The notes beneath the pieces were generated by a model. The model searched no databases. It was not told where the DNA came from and saw only the letters and a program-made list of their open reading frames with translations. A stretch of DNA of 63,938 bases, counting the filler, from Folioceros fuciformis (Eukaryota): assembly GCA_049999805.1 (NCBI GenBank). It is 6 parts of 6 records of this genome, joined end to end, with 100 filler letters (N's around TTAATTAATTAA, not from the genome) between each part and the next. Parts side by side here need not be neighbours in the genome. Positions count along the whole stretch, not along the records: positions 1 to 26,726 come from JBNGIO010006110.1; 5 more parts are not named here. The stretch is one strand, 5' to 3'. Every line of letters starts with the position of its first letter. Position 1 is the stretch's first letter. Shown here piece by piece: positions 13,307 through 23,514 of this stretch. Position numbers and translations under genes: made by a program.

Positions 13307-16200
13307 CTATGGCAAAAGGCTTAGCGTGGCATCTATGGCACAAACCTTAGTGTGGCAACTAACTGAGAAGACATGAACTAGACCAGTCATGTCTGTCCAC
13401 AAGCTCTGACCTCGCTGCTTCCACGCCCCAAATTTCCTCCGCCTCTTCTGCATCTCGTGCGCCTGCTCCCACATTTGGACACCGGAGAAAATGTTGGACA
13501 TCAACACATATGCCGCGGCATTCTTCCTGTCCAGACTCACTGCCTCGTGAAAAGCAAGGAGCCCCAGCTCCACATTACTCCATTTTCGACAAGCATCCAG
13601 TAGAGATTGCCACAGAGCAGCGTCGGGCACAACAGGCATTCTCCAGACTAACGATGCTGCCTCATCCAGCTGGCCTGCATGGCCCAGGAGATCCACCATG
13701 CATGTGTAATGCTGTGTGCTGGGAGCGATGCCGAAGTGTCTGCTCATGGCATCGAAGTAGTCCCGGCCCTCCTTCACCAGACCAACATGACTGCATACTG
13801 CTAACACACTGAGGAATGTGATGGCAGATGGAGGTAAGCCATCCTGTCTCATGTTGTGGAACAAGGTGAACACCACTTCGCTGTCTCCCTGACGGCCGTA
13901 GCCTGCCATCAGTGCATTCCAGGCAACGTCGTCTCTGTCGGGCAAACCATCAAAAACTTCCTGCGCATCGACCATGCTTCCACACTTTCCGTACATGTTT
14001 ATCAAACTGTGGGCTACGAGCACATCGGCTTGAAGCCCTTGTTCCTTAACCTGTGCGTGAAGGCGGCTTCCCAGCTGTAGGGCAGCCACATTTGCACATG
14101 CCTGCAACAGGCATACGAATGTCACAGAATTAGGTGCCACGATGCCTTCTTCTTGCATGCTCTTGTACAGACCGATAGCTTCCTCCCCCATGCCCTGCTG
14201 AGAATACCCTGCTATCATGGCACTCCACGTCACCACGTTTTTTTGACCAAGTCTGTCAAATACTTGCCGAGCGTCCTCGACGCTGCCGCACTTTGCATGC
14301 GTGTTCACCAAAGTGCTAGCCACAAACATGTCAGCTTCAAGCCCTTGCTCTCTGATCTGTGCGTGAAGCTGCTTTCCTTCATCCAACACAACCTGAGCAT
14401 CTTCTACGCTGCCACACTTGGCATACATGTTTACTAAACTGTTGGCCACATACACATCAGCTTGAAGACCTCGTTCTCCGATCTCTGCATGAAGTTGCTT
14501 CCCCTGCTCCAAAGTCGAAGTACCCACACTTGCACACGCCTGCAGGAGGCACACAAATGTCACAGCATCTGGTTCAACTATGCCTTCTTCTTGCATGCAC
14601 CTGTACAGGCAAAGGGCTTCACGCCCCATGCCGCTCTGGGCATATCCTGCTATCATTGCATTCCAAGTCGCTGCAGTTTTCCAACCTATGGCATCAAACA
14701 CACCCTGAGCATCCGCTAGGCTGCCACATTTTGCATACATGTTCACCAGACTGCTGGCTACGAGCACATCCGCTTGAAGTCTGTAATTTTTTATTTGTGC
14801 GTGCAGCTGCTTCCCCTTCTCCAAACCCTGGGTGCCCAGAGTTGCACATGCCTGCAGCAGGCACACAAATGTCACAGAATCCGGGGCAGCCATTCCTTCG
14901 TTTTGCATAGCACTGTGAATCTGAAGTGCTTCGTTACCCATGTCATGCTGGGAATATCCTGCTATCATGGCATTCCAAGTCACCAAATGTTTTTGACCAA
15001 GTTCGTCAAACACAGCCCGAGCATCCGCCAGGCTGCCACACTTTGTATACATGCTTATCAAACTGCTGGCTACATGCGCATCCGCCTGCACTCCTTGTTC
15101 TCTTACCTGTGCACGAAGCTGCTTCCCCTTTTCTAGACCTGCGACGCCCAAACTTGCGCAGGCCTGGAGGAGGCATGCAAACGTCACCGGATTGGGTGCA
15201 ACATTGCCTTCTTCTTGCATGGCCCGGTACAGATTGAGGGCCTCCTGCCCGTTGCCCTCGTGTGAATACCCTGCTATCATTGCATTCCATGTCACCACAT
15301 TTTTGTCACAAAGTCTTTCAAACACATTTCGAGCGTCTCCCAACCTGCCACACTTGGCATACATGTCCACCAAGCAGCTGCAGATAAACAAGTCAGGCTC
15401 AACCCCACTGACTAGCACATCCGTATGCACCTGCTGGCCAGTTTTTAAGTCTGCCCCCCTTGCACAAGCCTGAAGGGCTGCTACAAACACATGGCCATCT
15501 GGCTTCACACCTGACCTTCGCATCTGGCGATACAGCTGTACGGCCTGCTCATCTTGTCCGTGTTCAACATGTACAGACATCATGGAGGACCACATAAAGG
15601 CATCCGGTTTGTCCACGACTGAAAAAACATCCATCGCTTCTTGCAACCTGCCATGAGAGCATACATCCGCAGGATGTGGTTGCCAAGGAACGTATCCATC
15701 TCATACCCATTTTTTGCAGCGAGAGCATGTACAAGGCGACCCACACCCACGTTCCCCTCAAGGACACATTTCTTGAGGACTGTATAGAATAGGTGTCGAG
15801 GAACTCGGCGGTCTGATTGTACCAGAACTCCCAGAGCCTCAACAGCCTCCAAAAGCTGCCCCTGGTCGCACAGTCTGCTCACAGTTTCAGCAGTCACACC
15901 GGTGTCGTCTCCTGCAGAGCCACGAGAGTCACCATCATTGGCCAGGCTCCAGCTGGATCTACAACCCATCCGCTTGTGCAGAGAAGCCAGCCGTCCATCC
16001 ACCCAAGCTGTCTTGTCCAGATTGTTTAACCAGACGGTTTTCTCGAAATCACACTGAGAGCTCCTGTAATTGTGCCTGTTATACCACAGCCACAGGCGAT
16101 CACCCACAGCAAGACAATCTTTTATATGGGAAGAGTTCGTGGGAAGGGGGCCGCCCCTGAAGGCTTGACCCATGGCACACCTCCCCCACCAATTTGCCAT
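13307..16200 (-). CDS. PLS-class pentatricopeptide-repeat protein with E/E+ extension and no intact DYW domain; frameshift at ~15655 (possible pseudogene or assembly error); start uncertain
   Basis: Repeated P-L-S triplets (VVTWNAMIAGY / VTFVCLLQAC / SSLVNMYAKCG), followed by HYTCMVDLLG, AAAYVLMSNIF and KQRGQSLWTD. The N-terminal motifs lie in ORF 15580-16407 and the rest in ORF 13307-15646. Confidence 0.88.
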
Positions 16201-17667
16201 TGTTAAGTCCAGAAAAGCCAGAGAACCCAAGCGAAAAGGACTCTTTTGCCTGTGAGGATGAATGGAATGAATCCCAATACGCCAACAGGCCAGAACGAGA
16301 GGACGCAAATGGCAATCCGATGTAGTCCAGCCCAGACCCAGAACCCAGCTCCAGTGCGCCACCTGGGCTGGTAGCGCAAAGCACAGTCGACACATGCCCC
16401 ATTGCAAAAGCAGAATTGCCAGCCTCCGCGCACTCTTTCAGCATCAAATTTCAGTCAAGTAGATGGGGCATCTCGCACTACCCGGTTTGAACAGGTAGCA
16501 GGGCACCCATGCCTTTCTGAACGACAACCATGTCTCGATTGAGCAGAAAATTTGACAGACGTATCGAAGACATCCAACGCTATTCATACGGTGACCTGAA
16601 GATCATTACCTACACGTACTTTGTCTAGAGACATGGGTTTATTGTGATTGCAATATTGCATGGAGATAGAGATATATATGGATCAGTTCTTAGTCACAGG
16701 ATGCTACTTTGGTATTAGTAGCACATGGAAAGTTTGACTGAAATGGGAGTGGAATTGAATACCAAAGAGCTCTGAGGAGGTGAAGTCACCTAGACATGGA
16801 GTGCATGTTTCAATGGTGGTACCTTACACCCCTAGCATGCATACTACAAACGAAGTTCAAGCAGTAATGCAACCTAGATGTCAAGTGCAAAAAGCTTGAT
16901 GAAGCATTGACATCGACATGCCGAAGGCCCTTTGACGTCAAACGACTAACTCTTACCTTAGAGTTGACGATCAAGAGAGTGAAGCAACTTAGGCACAACC
17001 ACTAATAGTAGGTGGTACCAATGGAGGAGAACATGCAGCCAAATAGCATGGATGACCGAGCAGCCAAGCTAAATGCAACCTCAATTAATTCAGGTTGAGC
17101 AATCTAAAGGGGAGGGTTTGAATCTTCATCAAAGCAAAAGCAACCAAGGTGGTTGCAACCGTTGTTGAGGTTGGGCAATCCAGCTTCTCCATGAGTGACT
17201 TAATAGCCCCAAGACACAAGAGGGTGTTAGTAAATAACTAGAAAGGAAATGGTGCTAAACACCTCCTTTGAGAAGAAAGACAAACGATGCGAAACAACAT
17301 CATCCGCGCAGGAGAACAACAGATGGACTCCAATCAATCAACAAACTCTTAGTGCTAGTGTATATACAATGCTAAGAGTAGTCCTCCCTCAAGGACTTGA
17401 TGAAAGATAGAGTCATCTTCGAGGAGTTCATCAAGGATAGAGTTCTCCCCTGTGACTTCACCAAGAATGTAACCTTCTATGGTACAAGTCATTTCTAGGA
17501 AGAAGACATACAAGGGCCAATTTTGATGCCTTATTTATTGCATTTGTCATCACTTCTAGAAGACATTTGGCTAAGGAAAAAATTCGTCACATGAGACTTG
17601 TTTTTCCTTAGCCAAATGTCTCCTTTGACAACTTTTTTCCCTATCGACCAAATGTTTCCTATGACGA

Positions 17668-17920
17668 GGAGGGTCTCATTCATCCTTGCCCCAAAGTGGA
17701 TATATGGAGGGTCTCATTCATCCTTGCCCCAAAGTAGATATAAGGAGGGTCTCCTTCATCTTGGCCCAAAGTGGATATAAGGAGGGTCTCATTCATCCTT
17801 GCCCCAAAGTGGATATAAGGAGGGTCTCGTTCATCCTTGCCCCAAAGTGGATATATGGAGGGCCCTTTTTTCTGCAACTTAGAGAGAGTCTCATTCATCC
17901 TCGTGCCAAAGCCGATATAC
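17668..17920. repeat. 38-bp minisatellite (GGAGGGTCTCATTCATCCTTGCCCCAAAGTGGATATAA), 5 contiguous copies plus 1 degenerate copy
   Basis: Units start at 17668, 17706, 17744, 17781 and 17819, with a diverged copy at ~17883. There are no spacers. Confidence 0.92.
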
Positions 17921-18710
17921 CGGGGGTGCTTTTTTCCAAACCTAGAGAGAGACTATCCATCCGCTTTGGCATGTCATATTCAAAATCATAAATTGCAGAT
18001 GGCCAAGGAAGGATAGTAAGCAACAACTAGGAAACCTGGCGTGTGAGGAAGGAGGTGCAGCAACATTTGTTTTTCGCTTAGGGCTGCATGTCCGCTGTGG
18101 GGATTTATTTTGTGCTGTCGCAAGTTTTTCGTACCAAAGAGGACATTAATAATGGTCGTTAATTTAAAAAAATTGGGGCGGCCTATGGCAAACCACATGG
18201 AATACAAGTTGACGAGCCTATGGGATAGCACCCCATGCTAATCCAAAGCTGCTGATTTTGTTCCTGGTTGTGATTGTGGCTTCGCGGCCTTAAGGCCCTC
18301 CGGTTGTGGGGCCGCAGAAGGGGCTTAGGGAAATTTTGGAGGCCTTGCGCCATCACGAAGCGGAGACGTGGTTAGCTAGATCCATGGCTCAATGAGCCCT
18401 GGGCCCAAGAGCCATTTCCCAACATTTTGTGCCTTCCCACTCGTACCACGACATACTGTATAGCGAAGCCCCATACGCTGTAGTAGCCCCATGGACAGGT
18501 AGGGAAAGGCGAAAGCCCCTGCCACACCTTGCACGGCGGCTCAGGGCGGAGCACGCAGGCCAAATGGCAGGACTGGGCAACCGCCAGATTGGTGGGTGGC
18601 TGAACGAATGGCACATATGTACTTCTGCACAAACAGGCTTTAACAGGCGAAGCACGCATGAGAATGTGCAATTAGTGTGCATCCATTTGGCTTCCTCCCG
18701 GTTCTGATCG

Positions 18711-19742
18711 ATGGACGCTGTACTCCGCCATGAAGAGCCCGAGGACCAAGTTTTGAGCGAAGTGCATATCGGATGTCATCCCACCTTGGTTTCACACATT
18801 TCCACCTTCACCATTGACGAGCCAGGTTCATCAACAGATTCAGCAAGGCAGTCAAAAGACGCTCGAAAGCAGGAACACGAACATGAGCAGGGGCCGAAGC
18901 TGGATGAGAACGGTGACATGGTCCTGCCTCGAAGGAAGCAGCGGTGGCAGCGTTGCCCTGACAGGCAGATGCTGGTGATCAACCATCGGCTGGCCACAAC
19001 CCTGTCCGGGGTGGGCCTCCAGGTGTGGAAAGCAAGTTTGCTGCTGGCCGACTTCCTGCTGAGCAACCCCGAGTGCTGCCAAGGCGCGGCAGTCTTGGAG
19101 CTGGGGGCGGGGACTGGCGTGGCAGGAATTGTGGCAGGCCGAGCTGCCAGAACCGTCTTCCTCACCGACACGGGCACAGACGTGCTGGACAACTGCATGC
19201 GCAACGTGAGGCTGAACGCGGACCTCCTTGGTTATGGGGGATCCGACGTGAGGGTTCGGGACCTGGACTGGCTGCAGCCATGGCCCCCGCTGACTGGACC
19301 GCCAGGCCCATATGCTTGGACTGACGCAGATATGAAGGATGTTGAGGGCGCGACCGTGCTGCTTGCCGCTGATGTGATCTACAGCCCCGAGATGACCTTT
19401 GCGTTCTTCCATCTGCTGGAAAAGGTGATGCCCGCGGGATCCTCCAAGGTTCTCTACCTGGCGATGGAGAAGCGGTACAACTTTAGCATCCGCGACTGTG
19501 ATGTGGTGGCAAATTGCTACAAGGAGTTCCGTAGCTGTGTCTACGACGAGAGTGCGGTCTTGGAGGACTCGGACGAGCTCCAAGGTGGGATATGGCGGGT
19601 TAGGTTTTCTGGAGAGCAGGTGCCCGTGGATCTGATTCCGCAGACTGTTGCTGGCTACGAGAGGGGAAGGGATTTGGAGCTGTGGAGGATCACAAGAAGA
19701 GAGTGCGATGGCTCTGATCTGGCAAACACGTTGTCACAATGA
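18711..19742 (+). CDS. METTL22: Methyltransferase-like protein 22 (family-16 SAM-dependent protein methyltransferase), single exon
   Basis: 343-aa ORF with VGLQVWKASLLLADF, motif I VLELGAGTG, LAADVIY, and LYLAMEKRYNF. Confidence 0.87.
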   Translation: MDAVLRHEEPEDQVLSEVHIGCHPTLVSHISTFTIDEPGSSTDSARQSKDARKQEHEHEQGPKLDENGDMVLPRRKQRWQRCPDRQMLVINHRLATTLSGVGLQVWKASLLLADFLLSNPECCQGAAVLELGAGTGVAGIVAGRAARTVFLTDTGTDVLDNCMRNVRLNADLLGYGGSDVRVRDLDWLQPWPPLTGPPGPYAWTDADMKDVEGATVLLAADVIYSPEMTFAFFHLLEKVMPAGSSKVLYLAMEKRYNFSIRDCDVVANCYKEFRSCVYDESAVLEDSDELQGGIWRVRFSGEQVPVDLIPQTVAGYERGRDLELWRITRRECDGSDLANTLSQ

Positions 19743-22637
19743 AGGAAATCGACTGTGATGGATACGAACGCGCTTCGTGAGAGCGGAGCGTCCGGATTTC
19801 AGGATCACAGGCCTGATGTGGAACACGGTGGCCTGTGTGTAGAAGGGGACGGTGCGGTGCGGATGGAGAGCCTGGCTAGGCCCCGGAGGAGGCTCCTGCG
19901 AGGTCTGCGTGGTGATGTCGTACTCGGTCTTGACAAGCTTCCCCATGGAGAACGTCTTTTTCATGGCGCGCAAGGATCGTTGTAGATCGATGTAGAGCCC
20001 GTTGGCTCCCGGAGTGCGGCGTTGCCACCAGACCAAGAGGAGCTCCCCAAACCATTCCAAGTAGTCCTTGAGCATGGGGATGACCGCGAAGAACACCAGG
20101 AACATGCCTCCCAGGATACTGGACAACAGCATAGATGACAAGGTGTTCGGCGGAAGGTTTCCCATCCCGGCTGTGACGAATGCTCCGATGACAAAGGCTG
20201 TGGAAATGGTGAGGCTGGAGGACGTGTAAGCTATACCTTTGCGGAGCTTCTTCACCTCCTTCTCAATGAAATGTTCCGGCTTGGGCATGACGATGCGGAT
20301 GGAGAGAACCAGAGTGTAGACGGCGAAGAAGAAGGAGAGGGTGTTGAAGGACCAGAATGCCTTCACAGCCCAGGGTCTGTAGCTCCCGAAGGCTCCTCCG
20401 AAAGGAGGCTGGAGGAACCCGCCAAAGGTGACGCTGGCAATGAGAGAGCCGCCTACGATGAGGGCGTTGGCGGCGTTGTGGAAGCTCTGCTTATCTTGGA
20501 TCATCCTCTCCATAAACATCCGTACGTCCTTCCTTCCCAGGAGACTATCCATGGCTTCTTGCCACTCGTACCATACTAGTTGCAGTGCCCTCTGCTTGTC
20601 CTGATTTCTCATGTTTGCCTGCAGCGCACGTTGTTCGCACACCCGGTTGATGATGTGTATCCTCCTTTCGAGTATTGCGATGTGCAGAACGGTGTCTCCT
20701 GTGCTGGTTTGCGCATTGAGCTCCAGAGCGGGGTGTTCCAGCATCTTGGTGAACACGTCCAACTGGCCTCGGTGGGCAGCAATGTGGAGAGGCGTCATGT
20801 TGGAGTAGCATTTATCATCATGCAGTTGTCTACTGACTTCTGTTGGCGGGAGTCCGGTAGAGCTGTTCTTGGGGTTTAAGGCGCGCTTTATCAAAGCCTC
20901 TACCCTGGTCTGCGCATTCTGGACTTCGGCTGAGCCGCTTGCCAACAACGTCCGCAAAGCCTGTAGAATGGGGCCTACTCTGGAGCCTGAGAGCAGCTTC
21001 AACAAGTGGTTCAGTCTGTCCTGGTCAATTCCTGGGGCAGTGAGCATCTGCCGGAGGACCTCAAGATGGTCTCGATAGGCAGCCACATGCTGATCACCCA
21101 ACCGAGCGGAGCATTTGTCACCGTTTTTGAGAATGTGAAATTCTGTGTGCGCATTCACGCTCAACTTCAACTTCTCCTGGGAGAGCAACTGGATGAGAAC
21201 ATCTACGTGGCCCCAGTAAGCTGCTAGATGCAGAGATGTCATACCCTTGTAGTGATGGCCGTTGAGGAAGAAGTTACAGCTGCCAGTCTTGACGTTGAGC
21301 AGCATCCCCGTTCTCACATCTTTCACCAGGATTCCTACGATGTCAGATTGGCCCCTGTAAGCAGCGATGTGGACGGCAGTCATGGAGTCACACTGAGAAT
21401 ACTTATCGGGGTAGAAGCGCAGGCCCCTGGTCCGCATCATCACATCCACTCTCTGATCCGCTAACAGCTTGGCCATCACTCCAAGATCCCTTCCCCACAT
21501 GGCGGCACAGTGGAGAGGACTCGTACCATAGTGCTTCTCAACAGCGTTCACGTCAATGGCGCCGTGCAAGAGCAGCTCAGCCACGACTTTCGTATTGCCG
21601 ATCTCTGCTGCCAGATGAAGAGCAGTGTCTCCCCGCTTCTCAAATCCCTCTCTTGCAAACACCACAGTGCTGTGGACCGTGGCATCCACCAGCTGAGGGC
21701 GAAGGTGCTTCCAGTGAACCTGTGCCATCTCATCAAGCGCAGCCTCACTGATAGCGCCCGCGCCGACCTTGGCATTGATTTTGATCTGAGTATGACGTCT
21801 AAGCAGCTTCACCACCTCAACCTGGTCACCAGGCATCCAACAGGCCACATGCAAGGGAGTGAACTTTCCAACTTCGTCCTCGGGGTTCACATCAATCTCT
21901 GGATCCGCCAGCAACACTTTGACAACAGCAGAATGGCCATGCCGAGAGGCATAGTGAAGGGCAGTGCGTTGCAGGCCGTCCTTGGCATTGATGAAATCTG
22001 CGGATGGACTCATGAAATCCGCTCCCCTTGACGCGGAGGAGGCTTCTATGGTCGAGGCTTCGGCTTCCCGCAAATTCTTGTGGGAAGCCGAGAGCAAAAC
22101 GTGAACGACTTCCGCATGCCCCCCATCTGCTGCCATGTGAAGAGCTGTATGACCATCCGCAGTCTTTGCATCGAGCTTCACCCCGATCGTTTGCAGGAGC
22201 ACGTTCACAACTTCCAGGTGGCCACGGAAGGCTGCCATGTGCAGCGCACTGATGTCCCCTTTGCAGTGCGCATTCACATCGGTGCCCTCCTCTAATTGTT
22301 CCTTCACTTGCTTCACCTGACCTGTCCATGCCGCTACATGCAAAGACCGGATGTCCAGATCACGGTGAACCTTGTCAGCCAGCAGGGAGACCGAGAGCAA
22401 GGGGAAGGTGTCCATAATCAACTCCACAACTTTATCATGGTTATTTTCCGCAGCCTTAAGCATACCCAGGACCACGGTTTCCTCTGGCAGAGTCTCAGCC
22501 AACCCATGCTTGCTCCGCAGTATCTCCTTCACTTTCTCAAGCTCCCCATCTTCAGCGGCGTCCACGAACGGGATGGCATTGGTCACTACATTCTTGAAGT
22601 CCCCTCCGCTCACAAAGATGTGACTGCTGGTTTCCAT
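19734..22637 (-). CDS. Ankyrin-repeat protein with C-terminal PGG-type transmembrane domain (ACD6/ITN1-like architecture), single exon
   Basis: 967-aa ORF with more than 10 ankyrin repeats (TALHMAA, TPLHVAC, TALHLAA), then LIASVTFGGFLQPPFGG, FNTLSFFFA and about four hydrophobic helices. Confidence 0.88.
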   Translation of the reverse strand: METSSHIFVSGGDFKNVVTNAIPFVDAAEDGELEKVKEILRSKHGLAETLPEETVVLGMLKAAENNHDKVVELIMDTFPLLSVSLLADKVHRDLDIRSLHVAAWTGQVKQVKEQLEEGTDVNAHCKGDISALHMAAFRGHLEVVNVLLQTIGVKLDAKTADGHTALHMAADGGHAEVVHVLLSASHKNLREAEASTIEASSASRGADFMSPSADFINAKDGLQRTALHYASRHGHSAVVKVLLADPEIDVNPEDEVGKFTPLHVACWMPGDQVEVVKLLRRHTQIKINAKVGAGAISEAALDEMAQVHWKHLRPQLVDATVHSTVVFAREGFEKRGDTALHLAAEIGNTKVVAELLLHGAIDVNAVEKHYGTSPLHCAAMWGRDLGVMAKLLADQRVDVMMRTRGLRFYPDKYSQCDSMTAVHIAAYRGQSDIVGILVKDVRTGMLLNVKTGSCNFFLNGHHYKGMTSLHLAAYWGHVDVLIQLLSQEKLKLSVNAHTEFHILKNGDKCSARLGDQHVAAYRDHLEVLRQMLTAPGIDQDRLNHLLKLLSGSRVGPILQALRTLLASGSAEVQNAQTRVEALIKRALNPKNSSTGLPPTEVSRQLHDDKCYSNMTPLHIAAHRGQLDVFTKMLEHPALELNAQTSTGDTVLHIAILERRIHIINRVCEQRALQANMRNQDKQRALQLVWYEWQEAMDSLLGRKDVRMFMERMIQDKQSFHNAANALIVGGSLIASVTFGGFLQPPFGGAFGSYRPWAVKAFWSFNTLSFFFAVYTLVLSIRIVMPKPEHFIEKEVKKLRKGIAYTSSSLTISTAFVIGAFVTAGMGNLPPNTLSSMLLSSILGGMFLVFFAVIPMLKDYLEWFGELLLVWWQRRTPGANGLYIDLQRSLRAMKKTFSMGKLVKTEYDITTQTSQEPPPGPSQALHPHRTVPFYTQATVFHIRPVILKSGRSALTKRVRIHHSRFPSL

Positions 22638-23514
22638 TCAAAGCCAGACGTCACTCCCTGCAGACGGAAGTGTAATGAATCCTAGAACAATCCAGATCTC
22701 CAGTACCTGTCTTCTCTTCCTCTGTGTGTCTGGGTTGGAGACAAGGATTCCAAGTTCGGTTGGTAACAGCCGCTGAGTCAGGACAAGCCACCTGAAGGAG
22801 TATTTCTCAACGCTTTCAGAGATGGGAGCAGCATGCAAGCTCGACACCCTGTGGCATTTTACCAGCGACTATGCCACCAAGCTTGAGCGTATCTGCCAAG
22901 AGGACCCCGCCGATAACAGGGGTCGCAGAAGCAGGGCAAACACAGATTCTGCAATTGATACACATAAATGAAAGGACACCTGCGTTCCTTCCCGTCCTCG
23001 CCTTGCCCGGGCTGCACCAACAATTCCAAGAGTTCAGGAGCCCTGGTCTATACTACACAGTTGTTGTTGGAAGCAAACAGAACAAAAGATACGTGCACGA
23101 TGTCGGGTTCAATGGCCTCGTGCTGGCATCGTGGTGAGTGACGACATGACCCGCCGGTCGCTACCGACGACGTGAGTTGACGTGCCCACCCCGCACCCTT
23201 CAAGCCACCAACTCCACTGCCCAAAGCCACACACTCATTTCCGTGTGTGGAAAAACTTGAAAACACAACATTTCGCTCCCGTTGCCTGCCCGTCTGCTAT
23301 ATATGGTACATGGGCGCCATTTCCCCTACGTGTAGCGTGGCACAAAGTCAGAGGGAGATGTAGCGTGGGAGAAAGTCAGAGGGAGATGGGAACAGATTCC
23401 AGCTGGATGTACGGTCCCCACAATTCTACAGGCTGGTGGGCCCCTTGACTACAAAAGCCTTATTTCTCGGAGTTATGTGCATACATATCTACTTAGGACG
23501 GCTTTCCATGTAAC

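Noticed and set aside
17668..17860. CRISPR-like array of 37-38-bp repeats
   Set aside because: The units are contiguous with no unique spacers, there are no cas genes, and the context is eukaryotic.
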